Source: Gammaproteobacteria bacterium (GTDB lineage: Bacteria; Pseudomonadota; Gammaproteobacteria; Eutrophobiales; Eutrophobiaceae). From it: a stretch of 64,000 nucleotides of DNA. Made by a program: the position numbers and the translations under genes. The DNA lies in contig CBDCTH010000012.1 of the NCBI GenBank assembly GCA_965222155.1, positions 2,880,001 through 2,944,000 on the forward strand, in the 5' to 3' direction. Below the pieces are notes generated by a model. The model was not told the origin of the DNA, ran no database searches, and saw nothing but the letters and a program-made list of their open reading frames with translations. Below, piece after piece: positions 31,607-43,105 of the stretch (position 1 is its first letter; every line of letters begins with the position of its first letter).

Positions 31607-32356
31607 TCAAGTACCCTGATTTCCGCAAAGCTCCTCAACCAGGGCCAGGGCTTCTTTAAGGTCAAGGCTTCCCTCGTAAATGGCGCGCCCGGTAATGGCG
31701 CCGGCAATGCCCTCGGCGGCAACATTGCATAAGGCTTTTATATCTTCCAGGTCTTTGATTCCGCCTGAGGCAATGACCGGGATCGTTACTTCCCTGGCAA
31801 GTTGCACACTGGTTTCTATATTGACCCTGTTCATCATACCGTCACGGCCGATGTCAGTGAAAATGATCGCGGACACGCCGTCCTGTTCGAACCGTTGGGC
31901 TATATCGATAACATCATGGTGAGACAGTTTGGACCAGCCGTTTGTGGCCAGCTTGCCGTTTTTTGCATCGAGGCCGACAATAACATGGCCGGGAAATTCA
32001 AGACATATATCGGAAACAAAATGCGGCGTAGTCACCGCGCGGGTCCCGATAATCACGTAGTTCACGCCGACATCCAGGTAAGTCTGGATCGTATCTTCAT
32101 CACGAATTCCGCCGCCTGCCTGGATCTCGATACCCGGATGCTCCTCGGCTATATCGTGGATGATATCGGCATTTACGGGACGCCCGGAAACCGCACCGTC
32201 AAGATCTATGATATGAAGCCTTTCTGCGCCGAGTTCGACCCATTTTGCCGCCATTTCTACCGGGTCGTTGTTGTAGATTGTTTCATCGCTCATATTTCCC
32301 TGGCGCAAACGTACACATTTGCCGTTTTTTATATCGATCGCGGGAATTAACTGCAT
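31607..32356 (-). CDS. hisA: ProFAR isomerase
   Basis: [40 protein letters not shown]. Confidence 0.97.
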   Translation of the reverse strand: MQLIPAIDIKNGKCVRLRQGNMSDETIYNNDPVEMAAKWVELGAERLHIIDLDGAVSGRPVNADIIHDIAEEHPGIEIQAGGGIRDEDTIQTYLDVGVNYVIIGTRAVTTPHFVSDICLEFPGHVIVGLDAKNGKLATNGWSKLSHHDVIDIAQRFEQDGVSAIIFTDIGRDGMMNRVNIETSVQLAREVTIPVIASGGIKDLEDIKALCNVAAEGIAGAITGRAIYEGSLDLKEALALVEELCGNQGT

Positions 32357-32499
32357 GGTATATATCCTGCCCGATCTATATGACAGCCGCCACTGCTACC
32401 TTAAGTAAGAACAGAGGGAAAGAGACGTGAGAAACTGGCACATTTGTAATTAATGTTAGCATAGTATGACAACAATACCGGAAAATTTGTTTACCCTCT

Positions 32500-35274
32500 C
32501 TAATGTGCTTCATCCCAGTTAGCGCCCATACCTATATCAACGATCAGGGGAACACTGAGCGAAGCCGCCCCGGCCATCAACCCGCGTATCTCCTGTTCAT
32601 ACTCAACAACCTCGGCAGACGCCGCCTCAAACACAAGCTCATCGTGTACCTGCATGATCATCCTGATATTTTTCTCGGACCGCAACAGTTTTTTATCAAT
32701 CGCGATCATCGCCCGTTTTATGATATCGGCCGCGGTGCCCTGCATCGGCGCATTGATTGCCGTACGCTCGGCATATTGGCGTCTGGCAGCATTGCGGGAG
32801 TCGATATCGGGCAGATATAAACGGCGCTTGAAGACGGTTTCAACATAACCGGCTTCCCTGGCGCGGACGCGGGTCGCGTCCATGTATTCCTTCACTGCGG
32901 GGTAACGCTCAAAATATTTGTCAACGTACTGCTTTGCCGCGCCCCTGGCAATGCCCAGTTGCCGGGCCAGACCAAACGCCGACATGCCGTAAATCAGGCC
33001 GAAGTTGATAGCCTTGGCCGCCCTGCGTTGTTCAGTGTTGACCTGCGCCAGGCCCACCCCGAAGACTTCGGCCGCGGTCGCCCGGTGAATGTCGCTGCCC
33101 GCGGCAAACGCGGCCAACAAGGCTGGGTCAGCTGATAAATGAGCCATGATCCGAAGTTCTATCTGGGAATAATCCGCCGCCAGCAGTACGTTTCCGGGTA
33201 CAGCAATAAAGGCCTGGCGTATTTTCCTGCCGGCCTGTGTGCGCACCGGGATATTCTGCAGGTTGGGGTCTGATGATGATAAGCGGCCGGTAGCCGCCAC
33301 GGCCTGGTGGTAGGAAGTATGGACACGACCTGTTGCAGGGTTAACCTGTTCAGGCAGCCGGTCCGTATAGGTCGACTTTAATTTGCTCAACTCCCTGTGC
33401 TTAAGGATCAATGCCGGCAGCTCATGTTCCGCAGCCAGTTCCTGCAGAACGGATTCAGCGGTTGAGGGTTGTCCCGTCGGGGTCTTCGCCCGGATCGGCA
33501 GTTGCAGTTTTCCATAGAGGATTTCCTGTATCTGCTTGGGAGAACCGATATTGAACGCTTGACCTGCCAGGCTGTGGGCCTGCCGCTCAGCTTCCAGCAT
33601 CTGCTCCGCCAGTTCCGAACTTTGTTGTAACAGCATGTCTGTATCGATGCAAACGCCGTTACGCTCCATGCGCGCAATAACGCTCAGCAGCGGCACCTCG
33701 ATATGTGTATAAAGATTCCGCAATCCGGGGTCTTTGGCCAGTTTCGGCCAGAGCGCCTGATGCAACTGCAGGGTAATGTCCGCGTCTTCCGCCGCATACG
33801 CAGCCGCCTGCTCTACGGGAACCTGGTTGAAAGAGACCTGTTTGACTCCTTTACCGGCAACTTCTTCATAGCTCGTGATGGTTTTACCCAGGTATTTCTT
33901 CGCCAGGCTGTTCATGTCATGACGCGCGCCCACACTGTTCAGCACATAGGATTGCAGCATAGAATCATGCGCGACGCCGTTTAATTCAACCCGGTAATTG
34001 GCCAGTACGTTGCGGTCGTATTTCAGATTTTGCCCGACTATCTTATGATTTTCCGATTCCAGCAGGGGGCGCAGTTTTTCCAGCACTTTCCGGCGTGAGA
34101 TCTGTTTCGGCGCGCCATCGTAATCATGAGCGACGGGAACATAAGCCGCCTCACCTGCCCTGACGGAAAATGACAGACCCACCAGTTCCGCGCGCATATA
34201 ATCCAGGGATGTGGTTTCCGTATCGAACGAAAACAATTCTGCTGCGGCTAATTTGTCAACCCAGCGCTCTAACTGTTCAACGCTATAAACCGTTTCATAA
34301 TTCTGCTTGACCGCAGCCGCACTGCTGTCAAGGTTTTCACCCGGCAGCGGCGCTTCCTGGCTGCTCTCAGTGGGACGGCTGGTCAGGTCAACGGAGCCGG
34401 GGCCGTCAGTTACAGCGGCCCTGCCGCCGTTAATATCGGGCAGCCAACTACGAAAGCCCCAACGCCGGTAGTGTTCTCTCAGCGCTATTCTGTCCTGATC
34501 TGTAATCAGTAATTGCTGCGGTTGGACCGGCAGTTCCAGGTCGGTTATCAGGGTCACCAGCCGTCTGCTCAGGGGAATCCGGTTCAGGTTCTCACGCAGA
34601 TATTCCCCGACCTTGCCGGGAAAGCTGTCCGCATTGGCCATGATGTCATCCAGGGTGCCGTATTCCGCCAACCACTTGACCGCAGTCTTCGGTCCCACCT
34701 TGGGAATCCCCGGTACATTGTCCGATGTGTCACCGATCAGGGCGAGGTAATCAACGATACGTTCCGGCGCTACACCGTATTTCTCGATCACGGCGGCGCG
34801 ATCATAGCGGGTATTGCTCATGGTATTGATCAAGTGGATATTATCATCGACGATCTGCGCCAGGTCCTTGTCACCGGTGGAAACAAGGGTTTTCAATCCT
34901 GCCTGCGCCGCCTGCGCCGCCAGGGTTGCAATCACATCATCCGCTTCCACATTGTCTATACTCAGCAACGGTACGCCTAATGCCCGGATAATTTCATGCA
35001 ATGGCGCAATCTGGGCCACCAAATCAGGCGGGGCAGGGGGGCGATTGGCTTTATACTCAGGATACAGGTCGTTACGAAAGGTCTTTCCCTTGGCATCAAA
35101 AACGACGGCGAAATAATCCGGCTGTTCATCCCTGATTAATTTGCGCAACATGTTGATGACGCCGTAGATGGCCCCGGTCGGTTCATTTTCCGCATTCGTG
35201 AAACCCGGCATGGCATGATAAGCTCTGAACAGGTAATAGGACCCATCCACCAGCGTCAATAGTTTTTTCGGCAT
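32500..35274 (-). CDS. polA: DNA polymerase I
   Basis: VDGSYYLFRAYHA, FDTETT, ADYSQIELR, KAINFGLIYG, QVHDEL. Confidence 0.98.
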   Translation of the reverse strand: MPKKLLTLVDGSYYLFRAYHAMPGFTNAENEPTGAIYGVINMLRKLIRDEQPDYFAVVFDAKGKTFRNDLYPEYKANRPPAPPDLVAQIAPLHEIIRALGVPLLSIDNVEADDVIATLAAQAAQAGLKTLVSTGDKDLAQIVDDNIHLINTMSNTRYDRAAVIEKYGVAPERIVDYLALIGDTSDNVPGIPKVGPKTAVKWLAEYGTLDDIMANADSFPGKVGEYLRENLNRIPLSRRLVTLITDLELPVQPQQLLITDQDRIALREHYRRWGFRSWLPDINGGRAAVTDGPGSVDLTSRPTESSQEAPLPGENLDSSAAAVKQNYETVYSVEQLERWVDKLAAAELFSFDTETTSLDYMRAELVGLSFSVRAGEAAYVPVAHDYDGAPKQISRRKVLEKLRPLLESENHKIVGQNLKYDRNVLANYRVELNGVAHDSMLQSYVLNSVGARHDMNSLAKKYLGKTITSYEEVAGKGVKQVSFNQVPVEQAAAYAAEDADITLQLHQALWPKLAKDPGLRNLYTHIEVPLLSVIARMERNGVCIDTDMLLQQSSELAEQMLEAERQAHSLAGQAFNIGSPKQIQEILYGKLQLPIRAKTPTGQPSTAESVLQELAAEHELPALILKHRELSKLKSTYTDRLPEQVNPATGRVHTSYHQAVAATGRLSSSDPNLQNIPVRTQAGRKIRQAFIAVPGNVLLAADYSQIELRIMAHLSADPALLAAFAAGSDIHRATAAEVFGVGLAQVNTEQRRAAKAINFGLIYGMSAFGLARQLGIARGAAKQYVDKYFERYPAVKEYMDATRVRAREAGYVETVFKRRLYLPDIDSRNAARRQYAERTAINAPMQGTAADIIKRAMIAIDKKLLRSEKNIRMIMQVHDELVFEAASAEVVEYEQEIRGLMAGAASLSVPLIVDIGMGANWDEAH

Positions 35275-35392
35275 AGTCCGGCTACAGGATATAAATCTGG
35301 CCTTATTATGAAACAATTATTTGAAACTTCCCAATAATCGGTGTACTTTTCATCTTCCTCAACTATCCTGTAACCAAACCGGAAAAAAGACC

Positions 35393-35737
35393 ATGAGATA
35401 TCTTGTCGTCTGTTTATTCAGCCTGTTCCTGATGAGCTCTTTCGCGGCGGAGGACTACGCGGATGAAGAGCTTGCTCCCGTGCCTGCACCACCGGAATTG
35501 CCGGACCCGTTAAAGAGCGGCCAGGCTATTGAACCGCAGGTTACCATTATCCGGAAGGACGACGCCATCATTGAAGAATACCGCCTGGACGGACGCCATT
35601 ATATGACCAGGATTATCCCCGCAGTCGGTCCTGCCTATTACCTGGTGGATCGCGATGGAGACGGTCAGATGGAAACCCGGATGAGTGTGATTTACGATGA
35701 TTTCGTCGTGCCGCAGTGGGTGTTGTTCAGCTGGTAA
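35393..35737 (+). CDS. DUF2782-like exported protein
   Basis: Signal peptide, EPQVTI..IEEYR..G..YYLVDRDGDG..PQWVLFSW; typically divergent from polA. Confidence 0.75.
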   Translation: MRYLVVCLFSLFLMSSFAAEDYADEELAPVPAPPELPDPLKSGQAIEPQVTIIRKDDAIIEEYRLDGRHYMTRIIPAVGPAYYLVDRDGDGQMETRMSVIYDDFVVPQWVLFSW

Positions 35738-35747
35738 CCAAGCGCCG

Positions 35748-37076
35748 TTAAGGCAACAGGAACACGGTGGCGAGGCCAAGGAAGGTCATAAACCCTACCA
35801 CGTCCGTAACCGTCGTCAGGATCACTCCGCCCGCGATGGCCGGGTCAACGCCGAACTTTTTCAATATCAGGGGAATCATTGAGCCGGCCAGCGCGGCACA
35901 GATCAGGTTGATGATCATGGCCAGCCCGATAATCAGGCCCAGACCTTTATTACTGAACCACAAGGTCACGACGACACCGACTACGGTGGCCCATAACACG
36001 CCGTTGACTAACCCGACTGCGGACTCCTTCAATATAAGCGAACGGGCATTTTGCCTGGAAATCTGACCCAGCGCCAAACCGCGCACGGAGATGGTCAGCG
36101 CCTGACTGCCGGCGATGCCGCCCATTCCGGCGACGATTGGCATAAGGATAGCCAGCGCCACCAGTTCCTCTATGGTGGCCTCAAACCGGCCGATCACCCA
36201 GGCGGCAAGAAATACGCTGATCAGGCTGATGCCCAGCCACACGGCGCGCCGCCGGGTACTTGACAGGACCGAGGCAAATATGTCGTCTTCACCCAGACCG
36301 GCCATGCTGCGCATGGTCTGTTCCGCCTGTTCCTGGATCACGTCCACCACGTCGTCAATGGTGATCCTGCCCAGCAGGTTTCTGTCCTCGTCCAACACGG
36401 CTGTGGAGATCAGGTCACGCTGTTCAAACAGCCGCGCGACGTCTTCAGCCGGCATGTCGGCGGGAATACCTACGCCTTCAAACATATGCTCACCGACACT
36501 GTCTTCCGATTTATTAACCAGTACGTCCGCCAGTGCAAGCAATCCCAGGTAATGGTTTTCCCGGTCCACGACCATCAGGCTGTCAGTGTGTTCCGGGACC
36601 TCCCCCAGTTGCCGCAGGTAGCGCGCTACGACATCAAGCGACACGTCTGCGCGCACCCAGACGACGTCGGTATCCATCAGACCGCCGGCCGTATCTTCAG
36701 GATAGGACAACAGCGAGGCAATACGCTCGCGGTTTTGTGCGTCCATTGACAACAGGACACTACCCACCAGTTCTTCCGGTAAATCCTGTAATATGTCTGC
36801 GGCATCATCCGTATCCAGTCCCTTGGTCACCTCAGCCACTTCCTGGGGCTGCATCTGTTCGAGCAGGCCAGCCCTGACGACGTCCTGAACTTCAGTCAGC
36901 ACATCACCTTCTACTTCCGGGTCAACGAGTTCCCAGAGTACTTTCCTGGAACGCCCCGGTAGACTCTCCAGCAGATCGGCTACTTCGGAGGGGTGGAAAG
37001 ATTCCAGCAATGACCTGACCTGGTCAAAGTTACCGTCCTCCAGAAATTCAATCAGTTTTTCTTCTCTGGCTCGCAT
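35748..37076 (-). CDS. mgtE: Magnesium transporter MgtE
   Basis: YPEDTAGGLM, GRITIDDV, MGGIAGSQ, DPAIAG..TTVTDV. Confidence 0.96.
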   Translation of the reverse strand: MRAREEKLIEFLEDGNFDQVRSLLESFHPSEVADLLESLPGRSRKVLWELVDPEVEGDVLTEVQDVVRAGLLEQMQPQEVAEVTKGLDTDDAADILQDLPEELVGSVLLSMDAQNRERIASLLSYPEDTAGGLMDTDVVWVRADVSLDVVARYLRQLGEVPEHTDSLMVVDRENHYLGLLALADVLVNKSEDSVGEHMFEGVGIPADMPAEDVARLFEQRDLISTAVLDEDRNLLGRITIDDVVDVIQEQAEQTMRSMAGLGEDDIFASVLSSTRRRAVWLGISLISVFLAAWVIGRFEATIEELVALAILMPIVAGMGGIAGSQALTISVRGLALGQISRQNARSLILKESAVGLVNGVLWATVVGVVVTLWFSNKGLGLIIGLAMIINLICAALAGSMIPLILKKFGVDPAIAGGVILTTVTDVVGFMTFLGLATVFLLP

Positions 37077-37150
37077 AGCTATAAGGATAAAGTCTTACAT
37101 GACAATATTACAGCACTAAAATAAAACCGGGGGGATCCCGGGGGGACAGG

Positions 37151-38887
37151 CTAGGGTTCAAGCGGTTCCAGCAGCTTCTCGACGTCTGCGGCGGTACTGG
37201 CCTGCAAAGCAGCGTCTGCGATGGCTGTCAGTTTGCTGATATCGCTCTCCAGGATGATTTTTTTTACTTCGAGCAGGTAGGCCGGATGCATACTGAATTC
37301 GCGCAGGCCCAGGCCCAATAACAGCTGGGTAAACTTGCTGTCGCCCGCCATCTCGCCGCACATGGCGACTGGTATTTTTGCCCTGGCGCCTGCTTCAAGT
37401 GTTATCCGTATCAGCCTTAATACCGCCGGATGCAGGGGTTCGTAGAGATAACTCACCTCGTCATTGACGCGATCAATAGCCATGGTGTACTGGATTAAAT
37501 CATTGGTTCCGATTGACAGGAAATCCAGTTGCTCGGCGAAAATATCCGCGCAGATAGCTGCTGCCGGGACTTCAATCATGGCGCCCACGGGAAGATTCCC
37601 ATCAAATTCCACCTGCTGTCCGTCCAATTCCACTTTGAGCTCATCGATCATCTCCAATACCTGCCGGGTTTCCTGCATGTTGGAGAGCATGGGGATCATC
37701 AAACGGACTTTGCCGTGGGCCGAAGCGCGTAAAATAGCGCGCAGCTGCGGCCTGAATAACGCCGGCTCTTTCAGGCATAAACGCACAGCCCGTAAACCCA
37801 ACGCCGGGTTTGATTGAACAGGACCGACCTGCCTGCCGCCATCCACCTGCTTATCGGCTCCCAGGTCCATGGTCCGGATCGTCAGCGGCAAACCCGCCAT
37901 GGTGTCGAGCACCGACAGGTAAGTTTCATAGTGTTCCTCTTCTTCAGGTGGAGACTCCCGGTTCATATACAAAAATTCCGTTCGATACAATCCTACCCCA
38001 CTGGCGCCGACCTGTCCCACGATTTCAAAATCCTGCGGCAGTTCGACATTAGCCTGTAACCGGACCGAAACATCATCCAGGGTTTTCGCAGGTGTCTCTT
38101 TCAAGCGTATCAGGCCGGCGTAATATTTTCTGTCGTCCTGTTGTCGCTGCCGGTAATAGCGGAGACTGTGCTCGTCGGGATCGAGCAGCATAACGCCGGC
38201 ATTGCCGTCAACTATGACCAGGTCATCTTCACGGGCAAACCGTCTGGCTTCATGCAGGCCGACGATTGCCGGGATGACCAGGCTCCGGGCCAGAATAGAG
38301 GTATGGGAAGTGGGTCCGCCGTATTCGGTGACAAAAGCGACAATACTATGGTGCTGCATCAAAACCGTATCGGCAGGCGCAAGATCATCTGCTATCAATA
38401 TATATCCGCTCAGGCGGCTGTCGGGTTCCTCATGGCGCAAGGGTTTCTGTTTTAACAGTATCCTCTGGATGCGATTAACGACATGGTCTATATCGTTTTT
38501 GCGGGTGCGCAGGTAGGCATCTTCCATTTCATCGAATACGTGTACCAGGGCGTCGCGTTGCAATTTCAAGGCCCACTCCGCGTTATACCCCTCAGTTCGG
38601 ATCAAGCGCATCGGCTCCTGAGTCAGGACTACATCATCAAGCATCAACAGGTTTGTATCTATGAACGGGGCGATATCCGGGGAGGTTGCCGCCGGGATAT
38701 GTTCGCGAATGGCGCGCAACTGTTGTTTGGCCTGGGCGATGGCTTCAACAAGGCGCCCGGTTTCAGCCTCAACCTGATCCTTTTCAATATGGTATTCGGG
38801 AATATCAAGCCGATCGCGTTCGATGATATGCACGCGACCGATGGCTATCCCGCGGGAAACTCCCATACCGTGCAAGGCCAGGGTCAT
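37151..38887 (-). CDS. ptsI: PEP-protein phosphotransferase (enzyme I, no GAF domain)
   Basis: GGPTSHT, GLYRTEF, NPALGLR, SIGTNDLIQY, CGEMAGD. Confidence 0.93.
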   Translation of the reverse strand: MTLALHGMGVSRGIAIGRVHIIERDRLDIPEYHIEKDQVEAETGRLVEAIAQAKQQLRAIREHIPAATSPDIAPFIDTNLLMLDDVVLTQEPMRLIRTEGYNAEWALKLQRDALVHVFDEMEDAYLRTRKNDIDHVVNRIQRILLKQKPLRHEEPDSRLSGYILIADDLAPADTVLMQHHSIVAFVTEYGGPTSHTSILARSLVIPAIVGLHEARRFAREDDLVIVDGNAGVMLLDPDEHSLRYYRQRQQDDRKYYAGLIRLKETPAKTLDDVSVRLQANVELPQDFEIVGQVGASGVGLYRTEFLYMNRESPPEEEEHYETYLSVLDTMAGLPLTIRTMDLGADKQVDGGRQVGPVQSNPALGLRAVRLCLKEPALFRPQLRAILRASAHGKVRLMIPMLSNMQETRQVLEMIDELKVELDGQQVEFDGNLPVGAMIEVPAAAICADIFAEQLDFLSIGTNDLIQYTMAIDRVNDEVSYLYEPLHPAVLRLIRITLEAGARAKIPVAMCGEMAGDSKFTQLLLGLGLREFSMHPAYLLEVKKIILESDISKLTAIADAALQASTAADVEKLLEPLEP

Positions 38888-39153
38888 ATTTCCTCACCAA
38901 ATCGATCTTCTATCAATTTCACCAGCGCCATAAGTGCCTTTTCCTCGTCTCTGCCTCGAGTGGTTAATTCCACGGTCGCGCCCCTTGCCGCGGCAAGCAT
39001 CATCAAGCCCATGATACTTTTCCCATTGACGGTTTTTTCTCCAGAATTAACCTCAATATCTGCTTCAAAAGCAGCTGCCATCTCTACAAAGCGCGCTGCA
39101 GCGCGGGCATGCAAACCCAGCTTATTGATAATTACAACGGTATCTTTTTGCAA
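38884..39153 (-). CDS. ptsH: HPr/NPr phosphocarrier
   Basis: NKLGLHARAA, GKSIMGLMML. Confidence 0.92.
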   Translation of the reverse strand: MQKDTVVIINKLGLHARAAARFVEMAAAFEADIEVNSGEKTVNGKSIMGLMMLAAARGATVELTTRGRDEEKALMALVKLIEDRFGEEI

Positions 39154-39159
39154 GCCAGG

Positions 39160-39606
39160 TCAACCGGTCAGCAGGCTGTAAATGGCCTCATTGGAGTCTT
39201 CCCTCCTCAGTTGCGCCAGGAATTCCGGTTGATTGAACACCCCGGCAAGCTGCGCCAACAGCTGTAAATGTTCCTCGGTTGAATGTTCCGGCACCACCAA
39301 AGCAAATACCAAATCAACCGGTTGATGGTCGGAAGCATCGTAATCCACACCTTGTTTCAACTTTATAAACGCAGCAATGGTGGTAAGACCGTTCTTCAAT
39401 CGCCCGTGGGGCAGGGCGATGCCGTTGCCCAAACCGGTGCCTCCCAGACGCTCCCGGGATAACAGACTGTTAAAAACATCCTGTCCGGTCAGGTTGGAAC
39501 TTGCCCCGGCAATTATCCCCGAAAGGGTTTCCAGCACGGCTTTCTTGCTGGAAAGGTTTACGTTACATTGAATACGCTCACTCGTTAGAATATCTGATAT
39601 ATGCAT
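39160..39606 (-). CDS. ptsN: PTS IIA-Ntr
   Basis: SKKAVLE, RERLGGTGLGNGIALPHGR. Confidence 0.93.
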   Translation of the reverse strand: MHISDILTSERIQCNVNLSSKKAVLETLSGIIAGASSNLTGQDVFNSLLSRERLGGTGLGNGIALPHGRLKNGLTTIAAFIKLKQGVDYDASDHQPVDLVFALVVPEHSTEEHLQLLAQLAGVFNQPEFLAQLRREDSNEAIYSLLTG

Positions 39607-39650
39607 TTGTGGATCAGGCCCCGATGTCCGGTCAGGCAGAGAAGGAGATA

Positions 39651-39944
39651 TTATCCGCGGTGGTCCGATAATTTTTCCTTGTGTTTTTTCACTTGTCGGT
39701 CAAGTTTGTCAATCAACCTGTCAATAGCCGCGTACATGTCATTGTGTTGCGCGTCAGCGAACAGGTTACCACGGTTTACATGTATGGTTGCTTCTGCTTT
39801 TTTTCGTTCTTTTTCAACCGACAAAACAACGTGTACCGTAATGACATGATCAAAATGGCGCTCTATGCGCTGCAGCTTTGTCGCAACATAGGAGCGTAAC
39901 GCGGGGGTGATATCCAAATGGTGGCCAGACAAGTTGATTTGCAT
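39651..39944 (-). CDS. hpf: Ribosome hibernation promoting factor
   Basis: MQINLSGHHLDITPALR, DMYAAID..KLDRQ. Confidence 0.95.
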   Translation of the reverse strand: MQINLSGHHLDITPALRSYVATKLQRIERHFDHVITVHVVLSVEKERKKAEATIHVNRGNLFADAQHNDMYAAIDRLIDKLDRQVKKHKEKLSDHRG

Positions 39945-40124
39945 GTTATCCTCATCATAGTTAGTGTCAAAACAACCCGGATTGTTCTGGGTTGCCTGCT
40001 TATATAGATAATAACAATAAAACGCGGCATGTTTTCTTAACTAAACAGCACAACAAGCGGATTGTTGCGTCGCATGCCCTGATTATGCCCGGGCCGGCAA
40101 TGGATTTATTCCAGGGATAGGTAA

Positions 40125-41588
40125 TCAGAATTTGCTCAAATTCGCTCTTTTTCTTTCACTTGATGACGGAATAGACAACGATTCACGATATTTCGCAACG
40201 GTTCTGCGGGCAACCTGAATGCCCTGCCCCGACAGCAGTTCGACGATTTTACTGTCACTCAACGGTTTTCCCGGTTTCTCTGCCTGTATGTGTTTTCTGA
40301 TCAAGGCGCGGATCGCCGTCGATGAACAGGTGCCTCCCTGGTCTGTTCCCACATGACTGGAAAAAAAATATTTTAATTCAAACACACCTCTCGGCGTATG
40401 CATGTACTTTCTGGTAGTGACCCGGGAAATGGTCGAATCGTGTAAACCCAGGCTGTCCGCAATGTCATGCAGTACCAGCGGCTTCATTGCCTCCTCACCG
40501 TATTCCAGGAACCCGCGTTGTCTCTCAACTATACAGCTGGCAACCCGCAACAGCGTTTCGCTACGACTCTGGAGGCTTTTTATAAACCAACGGGCTTCCT
40601 GCAAATGATTTTTGAGTGAGAGGTTATCCGCGCTGTTGTCGGCGCGGCGAATCATGCCGGCATAGTTAGAATTAATACGTAAGCGCGGCAACGCATCCGT
40701 GTTGAGCTCCACTTTCCATGCATCGCCGGACTTCTTGACCAGCACGTCCGGCACCACGTACTCGGTATGGGCTTCCTGTACCTGACTGCCCGGACGCGGG
40801 TGCAGGGACTGGATCAGTACGATCACTTGTTCCAGTTCTTCCCGCTTGAGTTTCATCCGTTTCATCAATTGTTTGTAATCATGCTCAGCCAGCAACTGGA
40901 TGTGCCGGCTGACCAGTGTTCGGGCTTCTCCCAGCAAACGGGTATCAAGCTCCAGTTGCGCCAGTTGCAGGCTCAGACACTCGGCCAGGTCGCGGGCGCC
41001 GACGCCGACTGGTTCAAACGTTTGAATCAAACGTAACAGTTCCTTTATCTGTTCCGGTTCGGTATCCAGATCGGCAGACAAGGCAGCGCGGATCTCTTCC
41101 AGGCTGGCAGCCAGGTAACCGTCGTCATTGATCCCGTCAATCAAGGCAATGGCAATGGCCTTGTCGATTACAGACAGCGTGATAAGGTCAAGTTGTGCGC
41201 GCAGATGATGCTGAAGATTGCGCTCCCCATCATCCCGGTATTCATGTCCGTAGTTTTCCGCGGAGTCGCCGGCATGGGAATAATAGGTCGTTGTATCGTA
41301 GATGTCTTCCCACACCGTATCCACCGGCAAGTCTTCGGGGATACTGTCATGGTCAAATGCTTCCGGATAGTCCGCTCCGTTGAGCTCCGTAGCGTCAGGT
41401 TCCGGCGTGTCGGTGTGCAGTTCGATTGTATCGTCTTCGTCCAGCTCCAGCATTATATTGGAATCCAGCGCTCCCTGGACCTCCAGGTTCAATTCCAGCC
41501 TGGACAACTGCAACAGCCTGATGGCCTGCTGCAACTGCGGCGTCATGGTCAGGCCCTGGCTTAATTTGAGATCTAGAGATTGCTTCAT
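40125..41588 (-). CDS. rpoN: RNA polymerase sigma-54
   Basis: [31 protein letters not shown]. Confidence 0.98.
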   Translation of the reverse strand: MKQSLDLKLSQGLTMTPQLQQAIRLLQLSRLELNLEVQGALDSNIMLELDEDDTIELHTDTPEPDATELNGADYPEAFDHDSIPEDLPVDTVWEDIYDTTTYYSHAGDSAENYGHEYRDDGERNLQHHLRAQLDLITLSVIDKAIAIALIDGINDDGYLAASLEEIRAALSADLDTEPEQIKELLRLIQTFEPVGVGARDLAECLSLQLAQLELDTRLLGEARTLVSRHIQLLAEHDYKQLMKRMKLKREELEQVIVLIQSLHPRPGSQVQEAHTEYVVPDVLVKKSGDAWKVELNTDALPRLRINSNYAGMIRRADNSADNLSLKNHLQEARWFIKSLQSRSETLLRVASCIVERQRGFLEYGEEAMKPLVLHDIADSLGLHDSTISRVTTRKYMHTPRGVFELKYFFSSHVGTDQGGTCSSTAIRALIRKHIQAEKPGKPLSDSKIVELLSGQGIQVARRTVAKYRESLSIPSSSERKRANLSKF

Positions 41589-41632
41589 ATCCTGAAGTGT
41601 AGCGCAAAATACCGGGTATGCCTTAACTTGTT

Positions 41633-41794
41633 AACCCTGATATTGCACCAGTGGATGCGAAGATCGCGCAGGGTTTTTGGCGCTGGCGGGTGCCTGCGAC
41701 CGAAAGCATAGCCGTAGCTATGATTGAGGGAGCACGTGCCTGCCAGCGCCAAAAAGACAAACGAGGGCGTATCCACTGGTGCAATATCAGGGTT
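41633..41794. mobile_element. Palindromic MITE/RPE-like element, copy 3 (162 bp, between lptB and rpoN)
   Basis: Inverted ends AACCCTGATATTGCACCAGTGGAT; core CCTGCGACCGAAAGCATAG..TGAGGGAGCACGTGCC shared with copy 2. Confidence 0.88.
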
Positions 41795-41798
41795 TGGG

Positions 41799-42524
41799 TT
41801 ATAACCTGAACTCGAAACCCAGGTAGACGTCTCTTACCGTTTCATTTGCCAGGATTTCATCCGGCGTGCCCTCGGCCAGGATCTTGCCATCATTAACGAT
41901 ATATACCCGGTTACAAGCGCCCAGGGCCTCCCAAACATTGTGGTCGGTAATCAGGATACCTATGCCCTTTTCCCGCAGGTAGCCGGTTATTCGTTGAATG
42001 TCATTTATAGAAATGGGGTCAATACCTGCAAACGGCTCGTCAAGCAACAGGAATTGCGGCTCAGTGGCCAGAGCCCGGGCGATCTCTACGCGCCGTCGTT
42101 CACCACCGGACAGGCTCATGCCCAGGCTGTCACGCAGGTGGGACACGTGAAACTCATGTAACAGCGCCTCGGTCCGGCGTTTGGCCTCAGCCTTGCTCAG
42201 GTTCTTGCGTAACTCCAGGACGGCCAGGATATTTTCTTCCACTGTGAGTTTGCGAAAGATAGACGATTCCTGGGGCAGATAGCCTAATCCCAGCCGCGCC
42301 CGTTTTTCCATCGGCAACAAGCTGATATCCTTATTATCCAGATATATCTCACCGCTGTCACAGGGGATCAAACCGACGATCATGTGAAAGCTGGTTGTCT
42401 TGCCCGCCCCGTTAGGACCTAACAGCCCGACGATTTCACTGCTGTTGATGGTCAGACTGATATCGCTCACCACCTGGCGTGAACGGAATGACTTAGATAT
42501 GCGTTGGACGGATAAAACGCTCAT
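41799..42524 (-). CDS. lptB: LPS export ATPase
   Basis: [41 protein letters not shown]. Confidence 0.97.
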   Translation of the reverse strand: MSVLSVQRISKSFRSRQVVSDISLTINSSEIVGLLGPNGAGKTTSFHMIVGLIPCDSGEIYLDNKDISLLPMEKRARLGLGYLPQESSIFRKLTVEENILAVLELRKNLSKAEAKRRTEALLHEFHVSHLRDSLGMSLSGGERRRVEIARALATEPQFLLLDEPFAGIDPISINDIQRITGYLREKGIGILITDHNVWEALGACNRVYIVNDGKILAEGTPDEILANETVRDVYLGFEFRL

Positions 42525-42541
42525 GCAACATTGCTACAGGA

Positions 42542-43105
42542 TTATGAACCGGCTTCCTTTTTCTGCTTCAGAATCAGTTTCACCCGGCTCTTTTTCTTAG
42601 TCTCGGGCGTTGTTTGCAAATCTCCACCCCCGGCTTGACCCCAGGCCTTCACCCGACTGAGTTCCGTATTATACTCTATCCTTTCCCCGACCAGGGTTGA
42701 AGTATCCTGTTTCACCCAGGCATCCCGAATTAACACAACCAGGTTTTTCAACTCATAGTACTCCATCCGTATGGCTCTCGCCTGGTCATGCACCGTGCTG
42801 TTGTCCGGTAATTGTTTATATGTGGCAGGGTTGCCTTCGATGATGATGTAGTCCAATTCATCTCCACCCTTACTATAAACCGTCATAACGTCGCCCGTCA
42901 TATGGATGGAACCCTGTGTGACAACAACGTTCCCCCGGTAGATACTGACATTATTCAGATCATCGAGTTCTGCTTCGTCAGCCTCGACTTCTATCGGCTG
43001 GTCTTTGTCCGTAGACAACGGGTATGCCGTCAGCCATCCGCACAGGCACAACAACCCGATGACAGCGTTAACTGTCCGGCGTAGTGTTAATGGTCGTTTT
43101 TTCAT
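42542..43105 (-). CDS. lptA: LPS transport periplasmic protein
   Basis: LSTDKDQPIEVEAD, GNVVVTQGS, GNPATYKQ. Confidence 0.92.
   Translation of the reverse strand: MKKRPLTLRRTVNAVIGLLCLCGWLTAYPLSTDKDQPIEVEADEAELDDLNNVSIYRGNVVVTQGSIHMTGDVMTVYSKGGDELDYIIIEGNPATYKQLPDNSTVHDQARAIRMEYYELKNLVVLIRDAWVKQDTSTLVGERIEYNTELSRVKAWGQAGGGDLQTTPETKKKSRVKLILKQKKEAGS

Noticed and set aside
32436-32452. Sigma-54 promoter-like TGGCAC
   Set aside because: No correctly spaced -12 TTGC, and it is on the wrong strand for hisA
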